Below, piece by piece: positions 42,885 through 57,295 of a DNA stretch of 64,000 bases. The first letter of the stretch is position 1. Each line of letters opens with the position of its first letter. The position numbers were made by a program, and so were the translations under genes. Under the pieces are notes generated by a model that did no database searches, had not been told where the DNA came from, and saw nothing but the letters and a program-made list of their open reading frames with translations. Origin of the DNA: Octopus vulgaris (taxonomy: Eukaryota); assembly GCA_951406725.2 (NCBI GenBank), contig OX597832.1, positions 22,568,001-22,632,000 of the forward strand. The letters are read 5' to 3'.

Positions 42885-44159
42885 AGACAAGATCTATTTT
42901 GGCAGAATTTCAATTTGAACAAGGTCCACCTCGGCGGAATTTGAAATGCCGTTAAGCATTTTCTGGTTGTGCTAACGACTCTGCCTTCTCGCCGCCTTCT
43001 ATTTGACTAACAATAATAAAAGAAGTGCGTGTGTTTCCTATAAGCTTAGTGACTCTCTTGTGAAACAAGAAAATCCGTTTCAACAAACAATTTCACGTCA
43101 ACAATCTTACAAAGCAAACACAAAGTCGAACTATACAAAATTTAATCGGAAATTGTTCTTCGAGCAGCTAGAGACTATAGACAATTAGGCCGCATTTAAG
43201 TTGATTCTAAAATATTTAGCTAATCGCTGAGATTAATTACGTCGTACTAATTCATAGAGAATTATTTCTTCTTAATCATTACAAGTGACAGCCCTAAAGT
43301 ATGGAAGCATGATTGGGCAACATAACATTATGACTTACAAGTATTAAAAGTTGAATGCTGTTGTTCTTTTCTACGTCAAAATGTCAGAAGAATGATGTAA
43401 TCTCGTCAAATTCTGAAATAATTCCAGGAATGAATTCTGTGTAGAAGACATTTAATTTCCTCCTGGAGTTGACGATGTAAAGACAAGCATATTGTTGGTA
43501 TTATCTACGTTCAGTGTTAATTCCGCTGTCCGTTGATAAAATAATGTTTTAGTTAATTTCGTTATAGCTTTGGGCGTTCGGAAAACAAAAGGAGTTATGT
43601 GCATGGTAGTACAAATGACGAGGTTTCTATTTATATCGAAGTGGACTTATATTGTCTGCTATGAAATACATACACACATCCATCCATCCATCCATACATA
43701 CATACATGCATGCATACATACACACATACATACATACATGCATGCATGCATACATACACACATACATACATGCATGCATGCATGCATGCATCCATCCATC
43801 CATCCATCCATCCATCCATCCATCCATCCATCCATCCATCCATCCATCCATACATACATACATGCATGTATGCATGCATACATACATACATACACACATA
43901 CATACATGCATGCATGCATGCATGCATGCATCCATCCATCCATACATACATACATACATACATACATCCATCCATCCATACATACATACATACATACATA
44001 CATACATACATAGATACATACATACATACATACATACATACATACATCCATACATACATACATACATACACACACAACTATATTAAGAATTCGCTTAGGC
44101 AGAGATACTAATAACCTGCTATTAAATCTCAATGTAAAAAAGATTTAGAATAAAATGTT

Positions 44160-44455
44160 TGGCGAGTGCAGAGCGCTATAAAAATTGAGAGAAGCGATAA
44201 AGGAACAGGAATTACAATAAGTACCAACTACTAACAGGGAGTACCAACTACGAACAAGGCTCAAAAAAATTGGTGCAAATGTAAAGATAGAACACCTATA
44301 AAATTCATAATTATTTGGAATTACGAGAGTTCTGCGCAGAGTTCTTGAAGCATGACCAGTAAAAAAGTATCACCTTAATTTGCGGGCAGTGAGCAACTGA
44401 GACTTTTAATTATAGCCAGGAATATAATCTGCGTTTTAATCAAATAATAATAAAA
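44160..44455 (+). mobile_element. Degenerate 3' end of an R4/Dong-clade LINE
   Basis: Translates RLKKIGANVKIEHL*NS*LFGITRVLRRVLEA*, resembling the R4/Dong C-terminal LQKxALLGTARILRRVL motif. A short UTR ending AATAATAATAA follows. Confidence 0.6.
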
Positions 44456-44461
44456 AGAACC

Positions 44462-44860
44462 CTTTATACTACAAGAACAAAGCCTGAAATTTGGGGGAGA
44501 GGCATCGGCGATTAGATACCAGTACTCAACTGGTATTTATTTTATCGGCCCCGAAAGGCTGAAGGCAAAATCGACCTCGTCAGAATTTGAACTCAAAACG
44601 TAAAGATTTTACCCGACGGCTTAACGATTCTGCCAGCTCGCCTCTTTAAAATTTATAATAATAATATTAATAACAAGGGGTTTAAAGCTTTTCCACAAAG
44701 GAAGCCATTTTGGGGCTGGGAATAAGTCGATTAAATCGACCCCAGTGTTCAACTAGTACACTAGTACTTATTTTATCGACCCCGAAATGATGAAAGGCAA
44801 AGTCGACCTCGGTGGAATTCGAACTCAGAACGTGGTGACGGGTGAAATGACGCCAAGCTT
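44462..44860 (-). mobile_element. Two adjacent SINE family B copies
   Basis: CCCCGAAA.G.TGAA(A)GGCAAA.TCGACCTCG..GAATT.GAACTCA core twice. Confidence 0.8.
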
Positions 44861-44995
44861 CTTGCCATCGAACATTACAGCAACCACCACTATTATCATC
44901 ACCCTAACCACCGACACCACTAGAGCCACATCCAACATTGCCAGCCTCACCAGCAGCAGATGCACCAATAACACCACAGCCATCATCATCATCGT

Positions 44996-45044
<49 letters not shown>

Positions 45045-46089
45045 TGCAGACAGAGGAGTAACAGCAGTAGCACAAGTACCCTTACGCCGACAATAACCAT
45101 TACCGTCATCGTCATCACCACGACAACCACCTACCACATCTGATCATGATCATGATCATCCGCAGCATCACCACCATCACCACCATCAATGACCCCCGCC
45201 AAAAATAACACTACTACAACCACCACCATCATCATCATCACCATTCACATCATCGTCAACAACCGCACGATCAACACCACCAACAACAATATAACCACCA
45301 CCACCACCACCACCACCATCATCACCACCACCACCACCACCATCACCATCATCATCATCAACAACCACACCATCAACACCACCATGACCACCACCACCAT
45401 AAACACCATCACCACCACCACCACCATCATCATCACCATCGTCCACCACCACCATCATCATCATTATCATCATCATCATCGTCAACAATCACACCATCAC
45501 CACCATCACCACCACCACCACCACCTTCACCATCACCATCACCACTACCACCATTCCATTACCCTGTTGCTGTAGCAGACTTGGAATGAAATCGTGTTAA
45601 AACAGCGAAGCCAAAGCAATAACGGTTGTTTGTTGCTGGCAGCCAAAGTGGCCGAGTAGCTCTTGACCCGTTGGAACGGAGGTAGACGATACGCTGTACT
45701 TATTCACCAGAACACTTTCTATATTTTCCCCCATTGTTCTTGCATCTAAGACAGTACAATAACGTGACTTCTTTTTAATTTTGCATTCGATTGGATTTGC
45801 AGTTCTATTAAAAGACAGGGTATTAAGAATTTTTTTTGTGATTTCGCTGCATATATTATCTGCTTGGTCGTCGCTGTTGTTGTGGAAATCGTATCAAATA
45901 TTAATTAGAACATGTTCTTTTACCATTTATTTTATTTCTATGATTGGACTGCGGCTAAGATGGAGCATTACCTTTAAGGGTTTTAATCGAACAAAATAAC
46001 AGTAATATTTTATGCTGTGCAGCGGAGTTATAGAGGGTTAAACAAAGCAATATCGCTTGAGAAACAGACGTGATTGAGGAAAAAACACA

Positions 46090-46835
46090 TGAGTGGTTCT
46101 GTGGTAATTAGCTTGCTTCCCAACAATATGGTTTTGGTTTCAGTCCCACAGTGCCGCATCTTGGACAGGTGTCTTCTATTATAGATACAGGCCGACTAAA
46201 GCCTTGTGAGTGGATTTGGTGGCTGGAAACTGAACGAATATATATATTTATATGTATATATATATATAGAGAGAGAAATAGAGCAAAAACGCAATAGAGG
46301 ACAATAAAACATTCGGACAGATAGACAATAAAAAGGCGGACAAGAGAATCAATTGCAAAGACAAGCAAAAAAGAAAAGATGGGTCATTCGTGGCCCTCTT
46401 TCCTCAGTCAAGTACCAGAAGTCACGACCGTTTCGGACAGTTACACTTGAGACGGTTCGATCTGGTTGCCCTCAAAAAAGTCTAAGCTAAGAGCATTAGA
46501 CCCCTTTGTAAGAAAGCTAGGGAATGTGTACGACAACGAAGACAAAAAAACGCAGAACATGGTACACAAAAAGACAAAACACGGAAAATATGGTACACAA
46601 CTACGAATACAAACAACAGGCGTCTTTCGACTGAGAAAGAATTCAATTGAGCTGGCGTGTATTAAGAGAAAGGCTAAAGGCAGGAACATAGGAGATGGAC
46701 ATAAGATGGACAGATAAATAAATAAATAAATAAGATAAAAACGAAGATTGATTTCTGTTTCTTCAACTAAAAATTCTTCAAGGCGGTGCCCTAGCATGGC
46801 TGCAGATTAATGACGGAAACAAATGAAAAGAAAAG
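46090..46835 (+). mobile_element. SINE family A split by a ~445 bp insert (46275-46720)
   Basis: Head at 46090-46240 and tail AAGGCGGTGCCCTAGCATGGCTGCAG at ~46780-46835. Confidence 0.8.
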
Positions 46836-46838
46836 CTA

Positions 46839-46910
<72 letters not shown>

Positions 46911-47007
46911 TACATGAATATACCCGTATATATATCTGTCTATCTGTTTGTCTATCTATCCATCTATCTATCCATGTTCACCTCTATGTATCTGTCTGTG
47001 TATCTAT

Positions 47008-47081
<74 letters not shown>

Positions 47082-47594
47082 GTCAGTCTGTCTGTCTCTC
47101 TATTTATCTATCTGTCAGTCTGTCTCTGTATCTATGTGCGTGTGTGTGTTTGTGTGTCTATGTGCACGCGTGTGCGTATGCATGTATGTATATATGCGTG
47201 TGTCCGTGTATAAATATATATATATATTGCAAATACACACACACAAACACGCTCACAACAATATGATAACAAGAAGTTTCTGATAGAAACAATAAAAGCG
47301 AATTTACTTGAATGATAACTATTATATAAATATAACATTTTATTTGACTATACAAAATGACATGCACTCAATTTTGAAATTTACGAAAATAGATAATTAC
47401 AGTAATAAATCGAGACAATTTTGATGTGACAGATGGCAATGATTTATTATACAAACACTCGAACGAATTAACGGATGCCATGTTGTGTTAGTATCAAATG
47501 TAGATTTTATGTATATATATACGCACAGATATTACAGAATACACACGTATTTGTCTGTCTGTCTATATATGTATGTATGTATATATATATATAC

Positions 47595-47646
<52 letters not shown>

Positions 47647-47720
47647 GTCTGTCGCTTTATCTATATTTCTGCCTATCTATCTGTGTCTGTCTATCTGTCT
47701 GTCTGTCTACCTATCTATCC

Positions 47721-47793
<73 letters not shown>

Positions 47794-47802
47794 CCTACCT
47801 AC

Positions 47803-47858
<56 letters not shown>

Positions 47859-47859
47859 T

Positions 47860-47893
<34 letters not shown>

Positions 47894-48048
47894 CCTGTCT
47901 CTCCCCCCTCTCTCTCTCCCCCTCTCTCTCTTTATATATATATATAAATTTATATAAATAAGGATAAGATCGATATTTAAATACCGATCTTCTCAGATGG
48001 CCAACATGGGGATAAAAAACCCTCAAAGGTAATCATTATTATCAAAAT

Positions 48049-48157
48049 TATAATTTAGGGTATCTAAGAGATACCCCCACGCTGGAAATAGCAGCCGAAA
48101 TTTAATTTTGGCTGCTATTTCCCGCGTGGAGGTATCTCTTCGATACCCTAAATTATA
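48049..48157. repeat. ~109 bp hairpin/palindrome next to (TA)n
   Basis: TATAATTTAGGGTATCTAAGAGATACCCCCACGCTGGAAATAGCAGCCGAAA versus TTTTGGCTGCTATTTCCCGCGTGGAGGTATCTCTTCGATACCCTAAATTATA. Confidence 0.9.
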
Positions 48158-48496
48158 TATATATATATATACATTGCGTAGAGGACCAAGGCGTAGTGGT
48201 TAGGGCGTTGCATTCGTGATCTTAAGATTGTTGTTTCGATTCTTGAATTAGGCGAGGCGTTGTTTTATAGAACAAAATACTTTATTTCAGGTCGTCCCAG
48301 TTCACTCAGCTGTCAAAAATGAGTAATCTAGCGAATGACTGGCGTCCCATCCAGGGGTCAAGTATATACACCAAAATATCCGAGAAACCTAGGATCTTTG
48401 ATAATTTTGATCATGTATATACTAGGTAGATATTAATAGAACACATATATAAATATACTCGTTCATGTTTTTTTATATGGATATATATATATATGC

Positions 48497-48598
<102 letters not shown>

Positions 48599-48651
48599 CA
48601 TATATATGTATGTGCGCACATATTTACACATATATATGTCTATAAAAAAAT

Positions 48652-48903
48652 AAATGCACCCTTTTTAAGCCTAGCCAGGCTCATGGGCCCATTTTCCCGG
48701 TTTCCATGTCGTATGTGTTCCCTAGCTTGACGGGACGCCATTCCATCGCAGCGTTACTCATTTTCGCCAGCTGAGTGGACTGGAGCAACGTGAAAATGAA
48801 GTGTTTTGCTCAAGAACACACCGCGTCGCCCGGTCCAGGAATCGAAAACACAATCTTACGATCATGATGCTGACACCCTAACCACTAAGCCACGTGCTTC
48901 CAC
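48652..48903 (-). mobile_element. tRNA-derived SINE family D
   Basis: Head GTGGCTTAGTGGTTAGGGTG...TTCGATTCCTGG and body CTTGAGCAAAACACTTCA...CTCCAGTCCACTCAGCTG. Diverged copies at ~9525-9735, ~42570-42700 and ~48175-48395. Confidence 0.82.
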
Positions 48904-49899
48904 GTATATGTCTATACACATACATATATGCTTATGTGTTTTTATGAAAATTTGTATTATATTCATTTGAAAAAATTGTAAATTCCATAATTGACCTCAA
49001 TACTTCTTCGCTTTATACACATATCTTTATTTTCGTGTCATAAACATAATTATTTTCTTTTTCCATTTAGCTTGTCTTTTATAATTCCAACAGAAAACAA
49101 TTTCTTTAACAATACTTTACAATAAAGGACACATTGTAACAAATTGAAATTCCATATTTGTTTTCATCATTAATTCTCAATTGTGTTACTTATAATTAAA
49201 TTCACGAAAATTCACCAGAATTAAATTAACTACATCCGTCTTTTCCATACTTCGATATATAACGTGAATATCAATTCTGCAATGAAAATCTTTTGTTACA
49301 CCAATTGTTTTTCCTTCTTTTACGTACCAGACTTAAACTTTATGAGTATATCGAACTGTATTTTATTAAGTAATTGTGGCTTGTGCATTAAATAACAATT
49401 CTAAACTTAGTAAGGACATGTGATAAAATTTATTGGTTGACGCTCTGAAATAAAATGTTATACAAATATATAAGTTTTAATTGAAGAACCTGTTTATATA
49501 TGAAAACCGCAATTATTATGTGTTTATAAAACCACTGACCCGCTTTTATCTTGAGATGATTTAAGTAATATATACAGTTGTGGCCAAAAGTTTGGAACAT
49601 AAGTCTTTATCCAAAGTCAAATTCAAAATAAGCAATTTTGTCTAGAAATATATTTTTGATTCTGTCTATTTTTTCCTTCTAGATATTGAACCATCGCATC
49701 AGTTATTAGGTGAGTATATCTCCAAGTTGTATATGTAGAATGCCATGGGTAAATCGTCGCCATTTTGTGTTTTTAATTTCACGCATGCGCATTCTTTGTT
49801 TTCGATTTTGTTGACTACACAGTATAGTAGCGTCAGGCGGGCACCGTCTGTGAGAACAACAGCACCATGAATTGCCAGTAACATGCTGCGCCGGAAGCT

Positions 49900-50577
49900 T
49901 CAATACGAACAGATGGCGAACACACAGAACAACTGTTGGCTTGCTGTGTCCACCAAAACATGTACCGTGTGAGATAAAAATCAAACATCCAGTCAACATC
50001 ATGTTGTTTGGAATGATCAGTAGTGACGGCGACCTTATGCCTCCCTTCATCTTCCCACACAGCCTCAGACTCTATACGGAGGACTTCATCGAATGCCTGG
50101 AGGAGGTAGTGTTTCATGACTCAAGAGGGTGGCTGCTGGAAGATCCCATGTCTGGTAACAGGACTCTACACCATGCCACACAAGCAGAACAAACCAGTCA
50201 TGGCTGTCAGACAATTTCTGCGACCACATCATCCCTAACATTTGGCCACCTAACTCTCCAGACTGCGACCCCACTGATTATTATGTGTTGGGCGCAATTG
50301 AGCGAGAGACCAACAAAACTCTTTGTAACACCAAAGAGGAACTGAAGGCAAGGATTATGGCAGCATTGACCAACTTCAGCTAGGAAACCGTTGCTGGAGA
50401 TTTCAAAGTCGGCTAGAGGCTGTGATTGAAGCTAACGGCGATTTTACTGAATATATTTACTCTTTATTATTTCAAGACATTTTTATGTAATTTTGGTAAA
50501 TATATCTGTTAGAATGAGTTATCAGTGCTATTTTCATTTTTGCGTAATCTAGACGGCAATATATTCACCACACCTTG
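49900..50577 (+). mobile_element. DD37D (maT) Tc1/mariner-superfamily transposase pseudogene with right TIR
   Basis: KHPVNIMLFGMISSDGDLMPPFIF, then QDSTPCHTS...WPPNSPDCDP/DYY with 37 residues between the last two catalytic Asp after repairing a frameshift. It ends ATTCACCACACCTTG-TA. Confidence 0.88.
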
Positions 50578-51342
50578 TATTTGAATCAAATCGTACTTGG
50601 ACATAACAATTTTAATTTAAAAAAAAATATGCTCCAAACTTTTAGTTACGACTGTATATATTTCAGATTATCAATATCATTATATATAACACAATACATA
50701 AAAGAGAAAGGAGAGTTAGAACGTAGGAGAAAAAGAGGGAGAGAGAGGACAATAAATGATCAATTATCGGTGGTTAATTGAAAGCAACATCGTAACGGCC
50801 AGCCTGCATTCCATTTGTGTTACAGATTATTAAGTTTGGGATTCTGGTGAGTATTTATAACGGAACTTTATTCTCGTAAACTTTGTAAATTCATGTCCCA
50901 CAATACTTTTTTCGCTTTTCAGATCAGTGAAGCTACAAAAATTTGTAATATCAATGCCCTCATTAACTCCAAAATTTTATGGAGATGCACAAATCCAAAG
51001 ATAAGCGCAGCGGAAAGACAGCATCTTTTTCCGATCGATTCCACCATTCTGCGTCTTTAAATGGTCTCCGGCAGAACCTGCAATTGCGCGTTAAATTCTT
51101 TCTCGCGTCATGCCAAATGAATTCAAGGAAAGCTTCAGGGAATTTCCTCCCGATTAATTTTTGTTAAAGTCAATCATTGCCAGTTTGCCACGTATTCACA
51201 GCATTATTGTAATTATATAGATGAGCAAACGAAGCAGCCTCTGGGAAAATACTCGACCTGCTATTAACAGTAACTGAATTAATCTCAAATCCTACGCTTT
51301 CATATTAAAAAAAAGAAGGACCATTTAAGCAACGTAGGTTAA

Positions 51343-51717
51343 CATGGAAGCACTCCGTCGGTTACGACGACGAGGGTTCCGATTGATCCGAATCAACGGA
51401 ACAGCCTGCTCGTGAAATTAACGTGTAAGTGGCTGAGCACTCCACAGACACGTGTACCCTTAACGTAGTTCTCGGGGACATTCAGCGTGACAACGCCGGC
51501 CCTTTGAAATACAGGTACAACAGAAACAGGAAGTAAGAGTGAGAGAAAATTGTGGTGAAAGAGTACAGCAGGGATCACCAACATCCCCTGCCGGAGCCTC
51601 GTGGAGCTTTAGGTGTTTTCGCTTAATAAACACTCACAACGCCCGGTCTGGGAATCGAAACCGTGATCCTACGACCGCGAGTACGCTGCCCTAACCACTG
51701 GGCCATTGCGCCTCCAC
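51343..51717 (-). mobile_element. SINE family C, tail type 2
   Basis: Head GGAGGCGCAATGGCCCAGTGGTTAGGGCAGCG and tail GAGAACTACGTTAAGGGTACACGTGTCTGTGGAGTGCTCAGCC...GTAACCGACGGAGTGC. Confidence 0.9.
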
Positions 51718-51934
51718 ACTAGGTTAACATACACCTTACTTGAATAGAGTCATAGGGTGGACTCGCCGACCTGGGGTAAAGCAACAACGACACCGATAAC
51801 AATAAGCATACACTAAAATATTTGCATATAGTTATTAAGCGCAATATATACAAACTTCAAATGCAACCAAGCCTTCAACCAAATACAAATGCTGCCTATT
51901 TTATTTACGCCACCCTTGTCGGCCGGTTTAATAA

Positions 51935-52100
51935 TGATATACGACGGGCTTCTTTCGGTGTCCGTCTACCAAATCCACTCACAAGGCTTTGCTCGGCCCG
52001 AGGTTATTGTAGAAGACACTTGCCCAAGGTACTATGCAGTGGTACTGAATCCGGTACCATGTGGTCGGGAAGCAAGCTTCTTACCACATAGCCACTCTTG
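51935..52100 (-). mobile_element. SINE family A head
   Basis: Reverse complement of the family A head, abutting (TA)n. Confidence 0.85.
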
Positions 52101-52185
<85 letters not shown>

Positions 52186-52212
52186 CATAGATATATATAC
52201 TTACATATGTAA

Positions 52213-52247
<35 letters not shown>

Positions 52248-52273
52248 CATAGATATATATATACGTACATATG

Positions 52274-52317
<44 letters not shown>

Positions 52318-52344
52318 CATAGATATATATACGTACATATGTAA

Positions 52345-52387
<43 letters not shown>

Positions 52388-53669
52388 TATATACACGTAC
52401 AGTCATGTATATATGTGTATATTGATATATGTACACACACACACATACACAGATCACACACACTGAATTGGTATCATCGCTAGTTATACAATACTTCGAC
52501 AGGTGTAAAGGGATATTAATAAATAGTCTGAGTCTTATCAATAGGATGGCGTTTTCACTTAGTGATTGTATGAAGCGACAGACAGACAGATGTTAATGTG
52601 CAATATTGTTTGAGTTATTTTTATTTCTTGTTATTTATGTTGTTGTCTTTTGAAGATAATTATGTTGAGAAGCTGAGAAAATTTCTAAAATATTTACACA
52701 GCGAAACAACAACGGGAACATCAATAACAACAACCCGACAAAGGCTTTTGCGCATTTGAGTGGGGGAAACTAACGTTGGCGGTTTTGGTTCTTTGTAAAA
52801 GATTCGTCGTGAAAAGAATATGACGAACGCCTTCAGCCAATTACAAGTATATTGACAATTTTGTACTGTGTTAATGACAGTTATACATGAGGGAGGTTAA
52901 ACACGAGAAGAAACGGCAGCGTAAGAGCAGCAGCTCTGTTAATATCTATAGACTAAAACTGTCAGTTGTGATGGTCACATTAAAGTAGCTACCACCTCTC
53001 ACTCTCTTTCTATAAATTGGATTTCTTTCATAACTCGTAGCAACATATAATAATTAAGTGTAATCCTTTTAACTCCAGCCATAACCACCACCATCCGTTG
53101 TACTTTCGTTTTGTTAAGTCTTTTTTTATTCATAACATATTTCCAGACAGCTTCTATTCATCTGGAAATAATTTCTCGATGCGCAAAGTTATTTAATGAA
53201 ATACGAAGAAAAGTGTACTGGGCGATATTTTCTAAAGCTATATTCTATATCTAGCGGCTAAGATCCTCCTATATTTATGTGCTTCAGTTTCAATAGCTGC
53301 TACTCTGTGATCAAATATCGTAAATCTTTGCTTATTCGGTGTGTGAACAGCGCTGTTTAGGACGTAACGCTACGCAGGTTCAATCCTCGCTAGTATCTAT
53401 TTCTCTTCATTTATGGTCTGTTATGATTTTGAGAAAGGAATGAATGCTTAAAAAAATTTTGTTCATCTCCCCCCTAAAGGGAATAATGCTGACTGGGGTT
53501 TGTTGCGTACCTCTGATAAATCTAGTGTAAACTCTGTGTTTCTAAATAAACAAACACACACATGAATATATTCAACTTTACGCCAGTCTCAGCGAACATA
53601 TTTAAAAAAAGAAAACAGAAACCAGAAATCGAATAAAATATATGTAACATATGGATAAATCATGTATAT

Positions 53670-53825
<156 letters not shown>

Positions 53826-53840
53826 GTTATTATTATTATT

Positions 53841-54008
53841 GAGTGAGAGAGCAGTGCATGCCATCAAAGTGACACTGGGGTAAAATATACGAAGCACATG
53901 ACCTTCCAGGTGGGACCCAGTTATAATTTTCTTCTGGTCGAGTAACCCATCCCGCACAAAAGTTTCCTGAATAGGGGTTGTTTAAGAACGTTGAACAAAA
54001 CACCCCTG
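53841..54008 (-). mobile_element. Family E repeat, deleted copy, abutting (TTA)n
   Basis: Same terminus as 3764, with an internal deletion of ~90 bp. Confidence 0.8.
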
Positions 54009-55850
54009 TCTTGGAATATTAAGGACGTCAAAGTTATGATTCGGATGGCCTGCAAGACATCGGAACATTTCTATCTTTTAAGAGGTGAAAATACACCTAT
54101 ATAAATAAAAAATAGGATTGATAGATGAAGTACTCCCTATGTGGACGCTTGATCAGTTAGAAATCATAATCAGTACTTAAATTGTGAATATGAGACGTTT
54201 TAACTTATCTGTTTTGATGCAGATCATTTGCAATCACTGATTCGACGCTGACTTATTTGACATCTGACATTTTAATGTTTGTTTATTTCTCTCTCTATCA
54301 CTCGCCATCCCCTCTGTCTCCCTCCCTCTCGCGCTCTCTCTATTTCTTTCTCTCCCTCCTTCCCTCTTTCTCTATCTATCTATCTCTCTATCTCTCTTTC
54401 TCATTCTTTGTGTGTGTTAGCAAATTTTTCTTTATGTGTACGAGGAGAGGGAAGGTGCTTATGCTAATCGTGTTCAATTAATAAATCGTGATGTCCCTCT
54501 CACAGTCTCTCACCGTCTCTCTCTCTCCCTCTCTCTCTCTCTCTCCTTATATCTCACTCTTTCTATCTGTATGTGCATATTTTTGCACGTGCAGGCATGC
54601 GTGTGTCTGCGTGTGTTTGATTCCACTACCGAAAAGCATTGCCTCAAAAATTTCGAATACCCAATCAGCCCTACTAGATCATCAGCATCGAAAGAGGAGC
54701 GCTCAATCCCTTCATTACCTTAAATCAGACTCCACTGGTGAAAATGTAAAATTCATGCCTGTCTTGTCTTTAGAAAAGTCCTGCTTAAACAAGATTAACT
54801 GAAGATAGCAACCTAAATACACGCGCACGTGTTACATGCGTTAAATAGTGACAGTAATATTAACGTAACGCGAAGACTAGTCAATGTTTTTTTTTTGTTT
54901 GATTTTTCTTGTTATTCTATCAAATTTTCTCTGAATGGATTCGAAGGTTGTTGAAGAAAACTAGGATAAGGTAAACGAAACTAATTACTTTTAGGCTTTC
55001 TGGCTATTGCTTTCTATTCAAGCAAAAATGCTGGCTCCGCATTGTCTTGCCTATCACGGTACTTGACAACGTTTTCACATTCGATGCCTGTACAATATCA
55101 GTTGCTCGCATTGTAAGAAAGCGATAAATTACAGATAGGTGTAATTTACAGGTTGTTTCGAGTCCCGATGGAACCTTGAAATTAATCCGTTCTTGCTAAC
55201 GCCTTAATCATATTCTTTAGATTTAGAACAAGCATGGCTGAAAAATCTAAAATCTGTTTCAACAGTGCGACCGAGTTTCGTTATTCTTACAATTATAGTC
55301 TGCTTCTTTAACGACTATACTCACTCGCATTAATCGAACTTAATAACTGAAAATAATGTAATGCAATGATTTGTAGAAATTTTCAGACTTACTAGTTTTT
55401 CAATAGAATTACAAGAAAACATTCTGGTTTTGAAGAAGAACCAATTTCTAAGTATATCTGTATGTTACGCCTTGTTCCTTTGCTGTTGTGTAATTGAAAA
55501 GCAACGAAATTCATGGATCCAGAATCTTGAAATTTTGACGTTATGATAATACCCTAGTTCAGGTCCAAATATTTAGACAAAATAAAAATACTTTTCTTTA
55601 GTTCTTAGACTGTGTAATTAACAGATGATTAATTCTCACAGAACCTCCGTTTCGATTTTCGATTCGACGAGTTACTTAGACAGAATGTTCCTCGTTACAG
55701 TTTCTATATGGAATAATGTAATTAGTTGCGGACACCAAAATTTGCCATTAGTATCAACCCGTTCGTGTTACATTTCTCTAATATATGAATTAAATGCTAA
55801 TATTTTCATATCAAATATTATAAACTGCGATTTTAAACAGAAAATTGAAA

Positions 55851-56254
55851 GGAGTGGCTGTGTGGTAAGTAGCTTGCTAACCAACCACATGGTTCCGGGT
55901 TCAGTTCCACTGCGTGGCATCTTGGGCAAGTGTCTTCTGCTATAGACCCGGGCCGACCAAAGCCTTGTGATTGGATTTGGTAGACGGAAACTGAAAGAAG
56001 CCTGTCGTATATATGTATATGTATGTATGTGTATGTGTTTGTGTGTCTGTGTTTGTACCCCTAGCATTGCTTGACAACCGATGCTGGTGTGTTTACATCC
56101 CCGTCACTTAGCGGTTCGGCAAAAAGAGACCGATAGAATAAGTACTGGGCTTACAAAGAATAAGTCCCGGGGTCGATTTGCTCGATTAAAGGCGGTGCTC
56201 CAGCATGGCCGCAGTCAAATGACTGAAACATGTAAAAGAGTAAAAGAGTAAAAA
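55851..56254 (+). mobile_element. SINE family A, young near full-length copy
   Basis: Very similar to 1145-1585, with tail (GTAAAAGA)n. Confidence 0.93.
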
Positions 56255-57295
56255 CTACTGACGAGCGTCGACTCGAATACAATTGTGAGTGGGCACGTTC
56301 GGATTTTCTCTAAGAAGCTGAAGATCATAATATCATATTTAACAAAATTTAGATAACAAAAATGACACACGTCATAATTTGTAATTCTTTTCTATGCAAA
56401 AAGTAATAAAACATATTCAAATACTGGGGAATATTGACTTAGATAATAACATCAAATGTAACAGACGGCAAAGAATTTTACAATACAATTGCTTTTGCAT
56501 CTGGTTTTAATATCTGATATTAAATATTAAAAAAAAAAAATGACAGAGAAAATCTCGTGGTCGCATCGTAAACAAAGAATTAATACTCTATATATATTTT
56601 ATCATTCTTCAAATATTGTCTATTTATTTATTTTAATGTTCCAGTGTGTAATTTACTTCCACGAAATTATCGTTTATCTTATAAAAAAACACGTCTGAGA
56701 AATTTAGTTTTTTAATTTAAAAAATGAAAAATTATTATTATTCTGTAAGTCAATCAAATATACCATACAAATGTATATGGTACTTTGATAGGCTTAGTGT
56801 GGTTGGCTTAATATATCCTTAATATAAATTTAAAGTCGGTTATTATTATCTCGTGGCTTGGCTGACGTAAAGGAAATATTAGTCACCTAGTAACACTAGT
56901 AATATCATTTTTAATTTTGTCATCAAAATTTTTATATTTGATTTCAATTGAGATTTTTGGTATCTAGGACAATTTTTAATCTACTTAGTGGGAAAATGTT
57001 GGTGACCTTGACCTTTGTTCGTGTCTTAGAAATCAATGGTAGTGGCGGTGGTGGTGCAGGTGGTAGTAGTGCATACGTATATACACATATTGTCATGTTA
57101 GATATATGTATTGTACATAACCATTATAATTAATCCTCTTTGTGAAAAGTAAGCAAAATGGTCCCAAAGCAGGTTTTGTCTCTCAGGACATTGTAGAAAG
57201 ACAGGATACTAATTTCTAAGATTCTTAGATTTTCCTTAAAAAATGTATACGCCATTCTGTCTACAGCGACATTAATAGTTTATATAGATCGTCGT

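Noticed and set aside
49575-49602. Tc1-like TIR CAGTTGTGGCCAAAAGTTTGGAACA as the left end of the maT element
   Set aside because: It does not match the right TIR at 50577, so it is probably an orphan end of a different element.
51640-51717. tRNA gene (also at 10913, 57580, 48830 and family A/B heads)
   Set aside because: These have A/B boxes but run into SINE bodies, and no complete cloverleaf could be supported.
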